A stretch of 64,000 nucleotides of DNA from Minisyncoccota bacterium (GTDB lineage Bacteria > Patescibacteriota > Minisyncoccia > Phycocordibacterales > UBA9973). The position numbers and the translations under genes were made by a program. Shown piece by piece: positions 30,780 to 41,215 of this stretch. The notes beneath the pieces were generated by a model. That model worked only from the letters and a program-made list of their open reading frames with translations, ran no database searches and was not told the origin of the DNA. Numbering within the stretch: the first letter of the stretch is position 1; each line of letters opens with the position of its first letter. The stretch covers positions 65,094-129,093 of the forward strand of contig JBBABB010000001.1 in the NCBI GenBank assembly GCA_041657885.1. Direction: 5' to 3'.

Positions 30780-33700
30780 TTATATCTTTTTAAAGGCATT
30801 AATCATTATACTTTTCTCTCCATTTCTTTCTGTCACTTTGCCTTGTAGCGCGATGATTGTATCAGGAATTAATATATCTTTGTTTTTTTCAAAAAGACCA
30901 CTAAAAACGACTGCCTCTATACTATCTGAAAAGTCAGATATTCGTATAAAGGCCATACGATTGTTGTTTTTGGTTGTGACAATTTTCACAGTATCTATTA
31001 TTGCAGCTATTGTGATTGGAACACCAATCTTTACGTCTTTCTTGACACTTTTTATTAAGGTTCCAAACTTTTCTATTTTTTCCTTATATTCACTAAGAGG
31101 ATGACCAGAAACATAAAGACCAAGTAATTCTTTTTCCCAAATAAGTTTTTCTTTCATCGTTACTTTTGGTTGTTCAACGAGAGAGAGGTTTGTCTTTATT
31201 CCTCCGATAGAACCAAAGAGTGAATCCTGACTTCCACCACCACGTGATTCTTTGTTGAAGGATATTAAAGTCTCAAGATTTCCAATTATCATATTACGCT
31301 CAGCAAGCTCATCCATTGAACCCGATTTAGCCAGTGCTTCTACTGATTTCTTATTTAAATTTTTATGATTTATTCTTTCAAAAAAATCTTCTAGCGATTT
31401 AAATTTTCCATTTGTTTTACGTTCCTCAATTATTGAATCAGCAATATCAGTCCCCAAATTTTTTATATTATAAAGTCCAAATCTTATAGCACGACCTGTT
31501 AATTTATCAGAGCCACTTATCACAGTAAAACCCCCGAAACTTTCATTTACATTTGGAGGAAAAACCTCTATCTTCATTTTTTTACATTCGCCGATAATCT
31601 CGGCAACTTTTTCAATATCTCCCGATTCAGCGGTCATAATTGCTGTCATGTATTCGACAGGGAAATTTGCTTTCATATAGGCTGTTTGATAAGCAACCAA
31701 TCCATAACTTGCAGCATGGGCTTTGTTGAACCCATAAGCGGCAAAAGGTTCAATGAGTGCCCATAATTCTTGGGCCATTTTAGGGGTTATTCCATTTTCC
31801 ACAAATCCTTCTAGAAGTTTTGTCCTTTGAGCTTCCATTTCTCTCGGAATTTTTTTACCCATCGCTTTACGAAGTTTATCCGCTTCAAGCCAAGAATAAC
31901 CACCAAGCTTAATAGCAATCATCATAACGTCATCTTGATAAGTTATCACCCCGTATGATTGGTCAAGAATATCTTTCATTCTTGGGTCAAGATATGAAAC
32001 AAGATTAGAATTGTGCTTACGTTTAATGTATTCTGGAATTGACTCCATCGGTCCAGGACGATAAAGAGCTACCATTGCATTGATGTCGTGGATTGTAGTA
32101 GCTTTTAATTCTTTTAGATAATGTGTCATTCCAGAACCATTTAATTGGAAGAGTCCCATTGTCTCTCCTCGCGCTAGTATTTCAAAAGTCAACTTGTCAT
32201 CAAGTGGTATCTTATCTATATCAACATCTATGTTGTGGATTCTCTTAACGAGCTTAACTGCATCAGCTAAAATCGCAAGATTACGAATTCCCAAGAAATC
32301 AAACTTTGGTAATCCAGCATCTTCAATACTATACATATCGTATTGGGTGATTATATTTCCGCCCTTAGGGTCGTATTGAACAGGGGAGAATTCATAAAGT
32401 GGACGTGGAGCCATGACAACTCCAGCAGCATGGACAGAAATATGTCGGACACAACCTTCCATTTTTTTTGCTAAATCAATAATTTCTTTCGTCTCTCTTT
32501 CTTCTTTGTAAGCTATTTTTAATTCCGGAACTATTTTCATTGCATGCTCAATGGTCATAGGTGTACCTTGAGAGCCAAGTGGAATCATTGAAGAAAGTCG
32601 GTCACCAACACTATATGGGTGTCCAAGTGCACGTGCAACGTCTCTCACTGATCCTTTCGCCATCATTGTTCCAAACGTTCCAATCTGCGCGACTTTATCT
32701 TCGCCGTATTTTCTTTTTGCGTATGCGATGATTTCATCTCGACGATTATCGGCGTAATCCATATCTATATCGGGAAGTGATGGTCTTTCTGGATTAAGAA
32801 AACGTTCAAAAGGAAGTTTGTAAGCGATAGGGTCTACTTTTGTAATACCTACAAGATAAGTAGTAAGCGACCCCGCGACTGACCCCCGGATGTTTGTATA
32901 TATTTTATTTTCTCGCGCGTATTTGAGCAGATCTCCAACCACCAAGAAATATGTCGGATAACCTTTTTGTTTAATAATACCAAGCTCATATTCCAATCGG
33001 TCAGTATAAATGCTTGTTTGTTCTAACTCTCTGAAAGCAAATCCCTCATAAGCTAATTTACGAAGAATTTCATCGGCAGTTGTTCCCTCTGGAATTGGGA
33101 AATCTGGGAAATATGCTTTCCCAAGCTCAAGATCATATTCTTCGCACAAGTCAGCAACCATCTTTGTATTGTCAATTGCCTCTGGTGAATCACTAAAATA
33201 TAGACGAGCAGTTTCCTCATCTATCAAAGAGAAATCATCTTCTGAAAATTCAAATTTAGTTCCTTCTTTTCCATCTGTACCGGTGTTTACTTGCAAAAGT
33301 GTAAAGTGAGCTTGATGATCTTCTTGACATAAATAGTGAGAATCCTGTCCGGCGACAATTGGAATATTAAATTTTTTACCTAAAGCTTTAATCCCTTCAC
33401 GAAGCCTCGCATCATTCTCTACATGAGGATGAGTGTGTATTTCTAAAAAATAATTTTCTTTGCCAAAAATTTCTTGATGTTCTTTTATTAGAGCTTCTGC
33501 TTTTTCATTATTATTTGCTAGGACTGCTTGAGAAAGTTGACTGCTCATACAACCAGATAAACAAATAATACCATCATGAAATTCTTGGAGAATTTCTTTA
33601 TCCATGCGAGGTTTATAATAATAACCTTCAAGATTTGCGATTGTCACTAATCGCATTAGATTTTTATAACCTTGTCTATTTTTCGCAAGAAGTGTCAGAT

Positions 33701-33980
33701 GGTATCTTTTATTATCCACTCCGGGTTCTTTATCTTTTCGTCCGCGTAGAGCTATATAAGCTTCTACTCCAATTATTGGTTTAATATCGGCTTTTCTAGC
33801 TTCTTTGTATAATTCAATAGCTCCATACATATTGCCGTGGTCAGTAATAGCCAAGGCATTCATACCATTTTCCTTGCATTTCTTGACCATATCAGGGATT
33901 TTAGATAATCCATCCAATAGGGAATAGTGAGAGTGGGTGTGTAGGTGTATAAACTTTGCATTGAGTTCCAGTTTCTCCAT
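30780..33980 (-). CDS. dnaE: DNA polymerase III alpha subunit (PHP domain, polymerase core, OB fold)
   Basis: PHP motif (FIHLHTHSHYSLLDG), catalytic aspartates region, C-terminal OB fold. The start was moved to MEKLELN. Confidence 0.9.
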   Translation of the reverse strand: MEKLELNAKFIHLHTHSHYSLLDGLSKIPDMVKKCKENGMNALAITDHGNMYGAIELYKEARKADIKPIIGVEAYIALRGRKDKEPGVDNKRYHLTLLAKNRQGYKNLMRLVTIANLEGYYYKPRMDKEILQEFHDGIICLSGCMSSQLSQAVLANNNEKAEALIKEHQEIFGKENYFLEIHTHPHVENDARLREGIKALGKKFNIPIVAGQDSHYLCQEDHQAHFTLLQVNTGTDGKEGTKFEFSEDDFSLIDEETARLYFSDSPEAIDNTKMVADLCEEYDLELGKAYFPDFPIPEGTTADEILRKLAYEGFAFRELEQTSIYTDRLEYELGIIKQKGYPTYFLVVGDLLKYARENKIYTNIRGSVAGSLTTYLVGITKVDPIAYKLPFERFLNPERPSLPDIDMDYADNRRDEIIAYAKRKYGEDKVAQIGTFGTMMAKGSVRDVARALGHPYSVGDRLSSMIPLGSQGTPMTIEHAMKIVPELKIAYKEERETKEIIDLAKKMEGCVRHISVHAAGVVMAPRPLYEFSPVQYDPKGGNIITQYDMYSIEDAGLPKFDFLGIRNLAILADAVKLVKRIHNIDVDIDKIPLDDKLTFEILARGETMGLFQLNGSGMTHYLKELKATTIHDINAMVALYRPGPMESIPEYIKRKHNSNLVSYLDPRMKDILDQSYGVITYQDDVMMIAIKLGGYSWLEADKLRKAMGKKIPREMEAQRTKLLEGFVENGITPKMAQELWALIEPFAAYGFNKAHAASYGLVAYQTAYMKANFPVEYMTAIMTAESGDIEKVAEIIGECKKMKIEVFPPNVNESFGGFTVISGSDKLTGRAIRFGLYNIKNLGTDIADSIIEERKTNGKFKSLEDFFERINHKNLNKKSVEALAKSGSMDELAERNMIIGNLETLISFNKESRGGGSQDSLFGSIGGIKTNLSLVEQPKVTMKEKLIWEKELLGLYVSGHPLSEYKEKIEKFGTLIKSVKKDVKIGVPITIAAIIDTVKIVTTKNNNRMAFIRISDFSDSIEAVVFSGLFEKNKDILIPDTIIALQGKVTERNGEKSIMINAFKKI

Positions 33981-34015
33981 TTTTTCAGTATAGCAAATAA
34001 TGATATAATTTATAA

Positions 34016-35737
34016 ATGGACAAAACTCCAAAGTTTACTGCGAGGATAAATGAAATATTAAAGAATTTGGTTCCTCATAGGGTCAATTGTTTGCAGTGCA
34101 AATCAGATTTTGAAATATTAGAAAATGATATTGAGTTTTTTAAGAAATTTCAAGTTCCTCCACCCAAAATGTGTCCAGATTGTCGCAGGCAAAGACGATA
34201 TGCTTTTGCAAATTACACAACTCTTTTTAAGAGAGACTGTAATGTCTCTAATCATAATGAAAAGATGATTTCTTCAATACCAGAAGGAACAGAATTTCCA
34301 GTTTATGATTTTGATTATTATTGGCATGGCGATAGGGATTTGTATATAAATGGTAGAGATTTTGATTTTAATAAAAATTTTATAGAACAATTTAAAAAAT
34401 TATTTTTAGTTTCTCCACAACCAGCCCTTACTCGTGACCCTACTAGTGTTAACAGTGATTATACAAATTATGGGATACAACTAAAGAATTGCTATTATAC
34501 TTTTGGTGGAATAAACTCAGAAGAAATTATGTTTAGTGTGTGGCCTTTATGGGCTAAAAATTCTCTAGATATGCTCATTTCTCAAAATACAGATTTATCT
34601 TATGAAGGAGTTTTTCCGAATGGGTGCTATAACTGTAATTATGTTTATTTCTCAAAAGATTGTTTAGATTGTAATTTTATATATGATTGCCGAAATTGTT
34701 CAAATTGTTTTGGTTGTGTAAACCTTAGAAATAAAAAATATTGTATTTGGAATACTCAATATAACAAAGAGGATTATCTTGAAAAAATAAAAGAGTTTAA
34801 TTTAGGGGATAAGAAAGAATTAAAAAATTATAGAGATAAATTAGAAAAAATAATACATGATTTACCCATTAGAGCTACTAGAAATGAACATTCTAAAAAT
34901 TATAGTGGTAATTATATTATTAATTCAAAAAATACTATAAATTCATTTTGGTGTTTAGATTCTGAAAATAATGATTATACAGACTTTGCAGCTCAATCAT
35001 CTGACAATTATGATTGTTCAGTGGGAAGTTGGACAAGTAATGCTTATAGCACTATTTGTGTCGGTGTTCATTCTTCGAATGTTAAATTTTCTTCCTTAGG
35101 TAGAGAATTAAGAGATTGTGAATATATTATGAATTGCAAGAATTGTCAATACTGTTTTGGTTGCATTGGCCTTTATAATGCTAAATTTTGTATTTTTAAT
35201 AAGCAATATACAGAAGAAGAGTATTGGAAATTAGTAGATGATATTAAGGTCAAGATGTTAGAAAGTGGAGAATATGGAGAATTCTTCCCGTTATCTATAA
35301 GCCCTTTTCCTTATAGTGCTTCACTTTCAAATATTATTTATAATATTTCAAAAGAAAAAGTTTTAGAACTAGGTGGGTGGTGGTATGATGAAAAGATAAA
35401 CTTACCAAAGAATATAAAATTAATAAAAGCAAATAACATAGAACCAGATATAAAAAATATTACAGATGAAATTCTAGATATTGGAATTATAAGTGAAGGG
35501 AATGGAAAACCATTTAGAATAGTTAAGGAAGAACTTGAATTTTATAGAAAGAAGAATATTGCAATTCCAAATTTGACTCCTTATGAAAGGATTATAGATC
35601 GTTTTAAATATGTGAATAATTTTAAAGTTTTTAAAGATAAATGTTTTAAGTGTGGAATAGAAATTTTGAGTAGTTATGCGACAAATAATGGATTTAAACC
35701 TTATTGTGATGAATGTTATAAACAAGAAATTTATTAA
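34016..35737 (+). CDS. Large cysteine-cluster protein (N- and C-terminal Zn ribbons plus two internal C-x2-C-rich modules). Function unknown
   Basis: Repeated CxNCxxCxxCxxC..C blocks (CYNCNYVYFSKDCLDCNFIYDCRNCSNCFGC and CEYIMNCKNCQYCFGC). Terminal CxxC pairs. Confidence 0.5.
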   Translation: MDKTPKFTARINEILKNLVPHRVNCLQCKSDFEILENDIEFFKKFQVPPPKMCPDCRRQRRYAFANYTTLFKRDCNVSNHNEKMISSIPEGTEFPVYDFDYYWHGDRDLYINGRDFDFNKNFIEQFKKLFLVSPQPALTRDPTSVNSDYTNYGIQLKNCYYTFGGINSEEIMFSVWPLWAKNSLDMLISQNTDLSYEGVFPNGCYNCNYVYFSKDCLDCNFIYDCRNCSNCFGCVNLRNKKYCIWNTQYNKEDYLEKIKEFNLGDKKELKNYRDKLEKIIHDLPIRATRNEHSKNYSGNYIINSKNTINSFWCLDSENNDYTDFAAQSSDNYDCSVGSWTSNAYSTICVGVHSSNVKFSSLGRELRDCEYIMNCKNCQYCFGCIGLYNAKFCIFNKQYTEEEYWKLVDDIKVKMLESGEYGEFFPLSISPFPYSASLSNIIYNISKEKVLELGGWWYDEKINLPKNIKLIKANNIEPDIKNITDEILDIGIISEGNGKPFRIVKEELEFYRKKNIAIPNLTPYERIIDRFKYVNNFKVFKDKCFKCGIEILSSYATNNGFKPYCDECYKQEIY

Positions 35738-36444
35738 TGAATAAAGATATTAAATATATTGTGGGAATAGATGAAGTAGGGAGAGGACCGATAGCAGGAC
35801 CGGTAGCTGTCTGCGCTTTCTTAATTAAAGATAATTCTTTTTGCATAGGTCAGACCTATGCGAAGTTGCCTAAACTTCGAGATTCCAAGAAACTTTCTAA
35901 AAAGCAGAGAGAAAAATGGTTTGAGTATTTGAAAGTCGCAAAAACCGAAGGTTTTTGCGATTACGTTGTATCTTTTGTCTCTCCAGAAAATATTGATAAA
36001 TTTGGAATTGTAAAATGTATTCAAAAAGCTTTGAATGAATCTCTTTCCAAAGTCGCTTCACAGAATCTTCCAAATTTTTCCCGCTTTACCCTAAAGGGCT
36101 CCCTGCCCGACAATGCCAGCTATAGGCAGGCGGGCGACACGGATAAAAATTTGGAAGATTCTGTTTCGCTTTCCTCACTTCACGTTTATCTGGACGGTGG
36201 ACTTCATGCACCAATTGAATACATAAATCAAGAGACAATTATAAGAGGGGATGAACTTCATCCAGTTATTTCTATGGCATCAATTATGGCAAAAGTTTCG
36301 CGAGACAGAATTATGATAAATTATGCAAAAGTTTATCCAAAATATGGTTTTGAGCGTCATGTTGGCTATGGTACAAAAGCTCATTACGACGCCATCAAAA
36401 AACACGGCCAAACGCCAATTCATCGCAAAACTTTTATTCACTAA
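35737..36444 (+). CDS. rnhB: Ribonuclease HII, carrying a 26-aa in-frame insertion derived from the core-in-hairpin repeat
   Basis: RNase HII N-terminus (VGIDEVGRGPIAGPVAVCA). The insertion encodes ..SRFTLKGSLPDNASYRQAGDTDKN... Confidence 0.85.
   Translation: MNKDIKYIVGIDEVGRGPIAGPVAVCAFLIKDNSFCIGQTYAKLPKLRDSKKLSKKQREKWFEYLKVAKTEGFCDYVVSFVSPENIDKFGIVKCIQKALNESLSKVASQNLPNFSRFTLKGSLPDNASYRQAGDTDKNLEDSVSLSSLHVYLDGGLHAPIEYINQETIIRGDELHPVISMASIMAKVSRDRIMINYAKVYPKYGFERHVGYGTKAHYDAIKKHGQTPIHRKTFIH
36067..36157. repeat. Copy C of the conserved-core-in-hairpin element inside rnhB. Perfect 13-bp arms cttccaaattttt / aaaaatttggaag enclose a 65-nt GC-rich insert that begins with the core ccgctttaccctaaagggctcc
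   Basis: Core match to copies A and B. Insert plus one arm is 78 nt (26 codons), so the rnhB frame is preserved. Confidence 0.6.
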
Positions 36445-36450
36445 TAATTT

Positions 36451-36488
36451 ACATTTAAGAAACGGCCGTTCGTTAAATGTAATGTAAA
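36451..36488. terminator. Terminator hairpin after rnhB (acatttaa..cggccg..ttaaatgt)
   Basis: Inverted repeat read directly. Confidence 0.4.
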
Positions 36489-36585
36489 ATATATTACACC
36501 ACGAAATAAAAATAGTGAGGCCTTGCCTAGCGATTTTTTTACCTTGCTTAATACATTTTAAGTGTATATAATCAAATATATTTGT

Positions 36586-37962
36586 ATGAAAATAAATTTT
36601 AAAAAACCGATAAATAAAAAAGATGTTTTATTTGTGAATGTTAGTTCTAAAAATAACGATGAGGTTGTTAGGGAAAATGGCGTAAAAACTTTATATTTAA
36701 AATGTGACGAAAAAATGACTTTACGTAAGTTTTTTTTACTTGTTCGAAAAATGATAATGATGGCAAAAAGTGTCAAAGCTGAAAAAGTTGCTTTTAATTT
36801 TTCTGATTTTAAATTTGATTTTATAGGGATTTCTAAAAATGAACTAGCAGAAATTATTGGCACTCAGCTTGATTTTGCTAATTATGAATTTAATGAATAT
36901 AAAACCAAAACCAAGGAAGGCTTTCCTGAAGTAAAAGAAATTTTTATTTTAGGTACTACAAAAGAAATAGAAAAAAATATTCTAAAGGGTAATATAATTG
37001 CAAAAGAAGTAAACAAGACTCGATCTCTTTCAAATACTCCTGGTGGTGATATGACTCCAAAAATTTTAGCGCAAAAAGCTAAAGAAGCAGTAAAGGGTTT
37101 ACCTGTGAAGATTACTGTTTTAGGTGAAAAAGAAATGAAAAAAGAAAATATGCTTGCAATATTTTCTGTTGGTCGTGGGTCAGATGAAGAATCAAAATTT
37201 ATTATTATGGAATATTGGGGGATAGATAAGAAAAATAAGCCAATCGTTCTAGTTGGTAAAGGTGTTACCTTTGATACTGGTGGAATAAATTTAAAACCTT
37301 CTTCTTCACTCTTAGGTATGAATATGGATATGTCAGGTGGAGCATCGGTGATACACACTATAGCTCTCGTAGCAAAAATGAAATTAAAAAAGAATGTCAT
37401 TGGACTTATTCCCTCGGTTGAAAATATGCCGTCAGGAAAAAGTTATCGCCCAGGTGATGTTATTCGTTCAATGTCTGGTAAGACAATTGAAATATTAAAT
37501 ACTGATGCTGAGGGTCGTGTAATTTTAGCAGATGCGCTTACTTATGCGCAAAAATACAAACCAGAAGTTGTTATAGATATCGCCACTTTAACTGGTGCCG
37601 CGTGCGTGGCTCTTGGTGAACGTGCTTCTGCGATTTTTACAGAAGATGATGAATTATCAAAATCTTTTGAAAAAATAAGTGAAAGGACAGGGGATTACGT
37701 TTGGCGATTACCATTATGGGAAGAATATGAAAATGAAATAAAGGGGAGTTTAGGTGATTGGACAAATATACATAATAAGGATTCTCGTTATGGCGGAGCA
37801 ATTTATGCTGCAAGCTTCCTGCATCAATTTATTAAAGGTACAAAATGGCTTCACATAGACATGGCACCCCGCATAGTCTCAATATCTGGTGAAAATCTAG
37901 CCATAGGAGCTTTAGGTACCCCAGTTAGAGCCTTATTTAAATTTATAGAGGATAGTAAATAA
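36586..37962 (+). CDS. pepA: Leucyl aminopeptidase (M17 family)
   Basis: NTDAEGRVILADALTYA signature and metal-binding Lys/Asp/Glu pattern. The start was set at MKINF. Confidence 0.85.
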   Translation: MKINFKKPINKKDVLFVNVSSKNNDEVVRENGVKTLYLKCDEKMTLRKFFLLVRKMIMMAKSVKAEKVAFNFSDFKFDFIGISKNELAEIIGTQLDFANYEFNEYKTKTKEGFPEVKEIFILGTTKEIEKNILKGNIIAKEVNKTRSLSNTPGGDMTPKILAQKAKEAVKGLPVKITVLGEKEMKKENMLAIFSVGRGSDEESKFIIMEYWGIDKKNKPIVLVGKGVTFDTGGINLKPSSSLLGMNMDMSGGASVIHTIALVAKMKLKKNVIGLIPSVENMPSGKSYRPGDVIRSMSGKTIEILNTDAEGRVILADALTYAQKYKPEVVIDIATLTGAACVALGERASAIFTEDDELSKSFEKISERTGDYVWRLPLWEEYENEIKGSLGDWTNIHNKDSRYGGAIYAASFLHQFIKGTKWLHIDMAPRIVSISGENLAIGALGTPVRALFKFIEDSK

Positions 37963-38029
37963 TCAAGCATAATATACCTTATTATTAATTGTTTTTTTCA
38001 TCCTAGTGTTTGAAATTTAAATATTAATT

Positions 38030-39250
38030 TTATTTTGATGCATGTTCTATTCTTTCAAGCGCTACTACAAAGGCCGTACGGCGAATATCTGTGTTCAATT
38101 CTTTTGACCTATTCCAGATAATTTTAGTTTCCTCTTCCATAATTTTTTTCAACTTTTCAAAAACAGCTACCTCTGTCCAATGTTCCTTTTTTAGATTTTG
38201 TTCCCATTCAAAAGTAGAGACAGTAACTCCTCCTGCGTTTGCAAGTATGTCTGGTATAATAGGAATCCCTCTAGCAAATAATATATCATCCGCTTCTGGG
38301 GTTGTTGGGCCATTTGCGAGTTCAACGATTAGCTTTGCTTTTATATCTTTCGCGTTTTTTTCTGTAATCTGGTTTTCTAGTGCAGCTGGAATTAAAACAT
38401 CACATTCAATAACGAGAAGTTCCTCGTTTGTAATGTTTTTTGACCCAGGGAAATTAGCGATTTGCCCATTTACTTTTTTGTATTCGTTGAGCTCTTTTAT
38501 ATTTATCCCATCTTCTTTAAGGATTGCTCCTTTTGAATCTGAGATTGCGATAATCTTATGTCCGTGTGCCGATAGAATCTCTGCAGCATTGCCTCCGACA
38601 TTTCCAAAACCTTGAATAACAATATTGCATGATTCGGGTAAATTTAATTTCTTTCTTATCACATCAAAAACATAAAAACCACCAAGCCCTGTCGCAGTGC
38701 CTCGTCCTTCTGAGCCTCCCATATTAATTGGTTTACCTGTTATAACAGCGTTCGTTGTATCTCCAGTAATTTTCGCATATTCATCTACCATCCAAGACAT
38801 TATTTCTGGAGTTGTATTTACATCAGGAGCAGGAACATCTAATTTTGGTCCGATAACAGGGGCCATGAGTTTGATCCATCCACGGGATAATTTTTCAAGT
38901 TCAATTTTTGATAATTTTTTGGGGTCAACCGTTATTCCACCTTTTCCTCCTCCCATCGGAATATTTGCTACCGCGCATTTTAAAGTCATCCAAAAAGCAA
39001 GAGCTTTCACTTCATCTATATCTGTATCTTGATGATAACGTATTCCACCTTTATATGGACCACGAGCATTATTGTATTGAACTCTATATCCTTCAAATAT
39101 TTCAATTCTCCCATCGTCCATTGTGACTGGTATTGCAATACGGATTTCTCTATTAGGTTGCCTTAAAAGTTTGAGAAACTTTTCATCAAACTTTTTTACT
39201 TTTGTAGCTCTTTCAAGCTGTAACATCGCATTTTGAAATGGATTATTCAT
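38030..39250 (-). CDS. gdhA: Glu/Leu/Phe/Val-family glutamate dehydrogenase
   Basis: Catalytic glycine loop (IPMGGGKGGITVDP) and Rossmann NAD(P) fold (GFGNVGGNAA). Confidence 0.9.
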   Translation of the reverse strand: MNNPFQNAMLQLERATKVKKFDEKFLKLLRQPNREIRIAIPVTMDDGRIEIFEGYRVQYNNARGPYKGGIRYHQDTDIDEVKALAFWMTLKCAVANIPMGGGKGGITVDPKKLSKIELEKLSRGWIKLMAPVIGPKLDVPAPDVNTTPEIMSWMVDEYAKITGDTTNAVITGKPINMGGSEGRGTATGLGGFYVFDVIRKKLNLPESCNIVIQGFGNVGGNAAEILSAHGHKIIAISDSKGAILKEDGINIKELNEYKKVNGQIANFPGSKNITNEELLVIECDVLIPAALENQITEKNAKDIKAKLIVELANGPTTPEADDILFARGIPIIPDILANAGGVTVSTFEWEQNLKKEHWTEVAVFEKLKKIMEEETKIIWNRSKELNTDIRRTAFVVALERIEHASK

Positions 39251-39358
39251 GTCTTTTTATTTATTTATATTAATATTTTTCTATTATACTCTTTTTGTTT
39301 GTTTATCTATAATTTCATTTTTTTAGCCTTATTTATTAACAGTTTTGGGGGATAGTGA

Positions 39359-39946
39359 ATGCACTTGACAAAGTACAACCTTATATGCTATAATATACAA
39401 ATGAAAAATAAAATAACAAAAAATCTAATAATCCTTGGAATAATCATTTTTTCTTTTGCTTTGGCAAATAATGCTTCTGCTGTTACAAATAATTATTATT
39501 ACTATTATTATAATACTGTACCAGTTGGATCAACTCAAACAAATCCAAATTTAAATTCAAATATACCTAGTTCGTCTACATCTTCAACTTCAGCAAATTC
39601 GACTTATGATAACTCTAGATTTTTTATTCCGAATCCAATTCCAGTTCCAAAAGTTGTTACAAAACCTACACCTACTTATAATCCAAATGCAGTTTATGAA
39701 AATAGTTCTTATAATTACAATAATAGTTTAGGAGCTTCCGCATACAGTGGTTATAACCAAGCGAATGATAATGGTAGTGGAATAACTGCACTTTCACTTC
39801 GCGGGTCTGGTAGTTTTATGCCGAGCTCAATCTGGCAATGGTTAATAGTAATTATTTTAATATTAACCATTATTGTCATCTCTCGAATTTTTATTCGCAA
39901 AAAAATATTAGTCCAAGAATTTCATACTGCCACACATACTCATTAA
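39359..39946 (+). CDS. Hypothetical secreted low-complexity protein (Tyr/Asn/Ser-rich) with a C-terminal TM anchor
   Basis: Signal-like N-terminus (second ATG at 39,403), a YYYYYYN tract and a C-terminal hydrophobic helix. A terminator hairpin lies at 39,978-40,012. Confidence 0.45.
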   Translation: MHLTKYNLICYNIQMKNKITKNLIILGIIIFSFALANNASAVTNNYYYYYYNTVPVGSTQTNPNLNSNIPSSSTSSTSANSTYDNSRFFIPNPIPVPKVVTKPTPTYNPNAVYENSSYNYNNSLGASAYSGYNQANDNGSGITALSLRGSGSFMPSSIWQWLIVIILILTIIVISRIFIRKKILVQEFHTATHTH

Positions 39947-40018
39947 TTTACTGTTAAGTATCTACATTTATAAAACTAAAAACCTCTCTGGCTCACGTCA
40001 GAGAGGTTTTTAGTTTTG

Positions 40019-40045
40019 GCTCCGAACTTGGGAGGATGTTCGAAT
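40019..40045. repeat. Hairpin/mini-ORF element copy 1 (gctccgaacttgggaggATGTTCGAATAA)
   Basis: The same 27-mer recurs at 41,216-41,242 (+), 54,013-54,039 (-) and 58,215-58,241 (-, variant). A degenerate copy lies at 56,114-56,130. Confidence 0.6.
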
Positions 40046-40128
40046 AAGTATTGCAGAGAATTAAAAAAGAGCTTGCCATAAAGACAAGCCCAGTTTTTTT
40101 GTTGAATTTTTCATTAACTACTTTCTAT

Positions 40129-40458
40129 TCAGGAAAACAAATCAGCTGAACGAAATATCATGGAATCAATCTCTTCCAAATATTCCTGGTTTTCAGGATT
40201 AATCCTAAATTTACTTAAAAGAACATCGTGCTTTTTCTGCATTTCTTTTATCCCATAAAGGAAACAAAATGAAATGATTCGCCGATCTGGCTCTTCCGCT
40301 TCAAGAAATGAAAGCAAAGCTTTCTCACTCTCGCTATCTTTTTGCTCAAAGCACATTATTCCAATTTCATTAATGAGCATGCAACTTGGATAGGTAGAAT
40401 TCGGATTTTCAAGTAGCTCAAGAATTTGATCCAGGGTAAACTTCGTCTGTCTTAACAT
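40129..40458 (-). CDS. Hypothetical protein
   Basis: ORF only. Confidence 0.35.
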   Translation of the reverse strand: MLRQTKFTLDQILELLENPNSTYPSCMLINEIGIMCFEQKDSESEKALLSFLEAEEPDRRIISFCFLYGIKEMQKKHDVLLSKFRINPENQEYLEEIDSMIFRSADLFS

Positions 40459-40508
40459 GATTTCGAGGATTTAATGTTTAGAAATTTGAATTGAATTACC
40501 ATTTTTAC

Positions 40509-41063
40509 TTATAAGACTTTATACTCATACTCCTTAAGATAAAGACTGTCCAGGTATAGGGCAGTATTATTAAATATACCCTCGTACTTATTAGTATAGT
40601 GAGGAATAATCTTAATAGGCAAAATCCCCAACCCCTCGTATATGCCATCCGCACTTGGGCTATAGAAAAGTGTGCATAGTGCATTTGCACCCGCTGATTC
40701 ACCAGCTACAGTTTTTCCTTCTACGAGTAAATCTTTTAATCCATGGAACTTTTTGAAAACACCCATTAACTTTAGGGTATTTCCACCTTGAATATAGATA
40801 ACGTTTGATGATTTTACCTGTTCTGTAAAAGATTCTTTATTTGCAATTTCAAAAGACAAATTTTTAGAACCTTTCACTTTGTTAAATTCATCCATAACTC
40901 GTTCCGTGGTTTGAACTACTCTTTCAGGGTCTTTAGCAAAAGGTACAATTAGTACTTTGGAGTTGTCACCGACATCTTTTAATATCTCTGAGTAGAATAG
41001 AGTATTGTCTTCATTAGTATTACCTTTTTGAAAACCGCCATTAAGTATAAATTTTGATTTCAT
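40509..41063 (-). CDS. Peptidase S51 (dipeptidase E)-like class I glutamine amidotransferase-fold protein
   Basis: YIQGGNT..G..ESAGA pattern of the S51/DJ-1 superfamily. Confidence 0.55.
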   Translation of the reverse strand: MKSKFILNGGFQKGNTNEDNTLFYSEILKDVGDNSKVLIVPFAKDPERVVQTTERVMDEFNKVKGSKNLSFEIANKESFTEQVKSSNVIYIQGGNTLKLMGVFKKFHGLKDLLVEGKTVAGESAGANALCTLFYSPSADGIYEGLGILPIKIIPHYTNKYEGIFNNTALYLDSLYLKEYEYKVL

Positions 41064-41215
41064 CTTTTTTTAATTTAATTGTTAGAAATATATTTATTAG
41101 GTCTTCTTAATTCCCATAAAGAAACTAGGAGAACCTAATAAAAATTAACAATTAAATAAAATATCAAAGAACTACTATGGTTTATATAGTAGCATAATTA
41201 TAGAGTTATGTCAAT

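Noticed and set aside
30745-31104. 119-aa plus-strand ORF
   Set aside because: It is antisense within dnaE. Its low-complexity hydrophobic translation is typical of an AT-rich antisense frame. The same applies to the other antisense ORFs inside clpB, topA, rel, secA and pepA.
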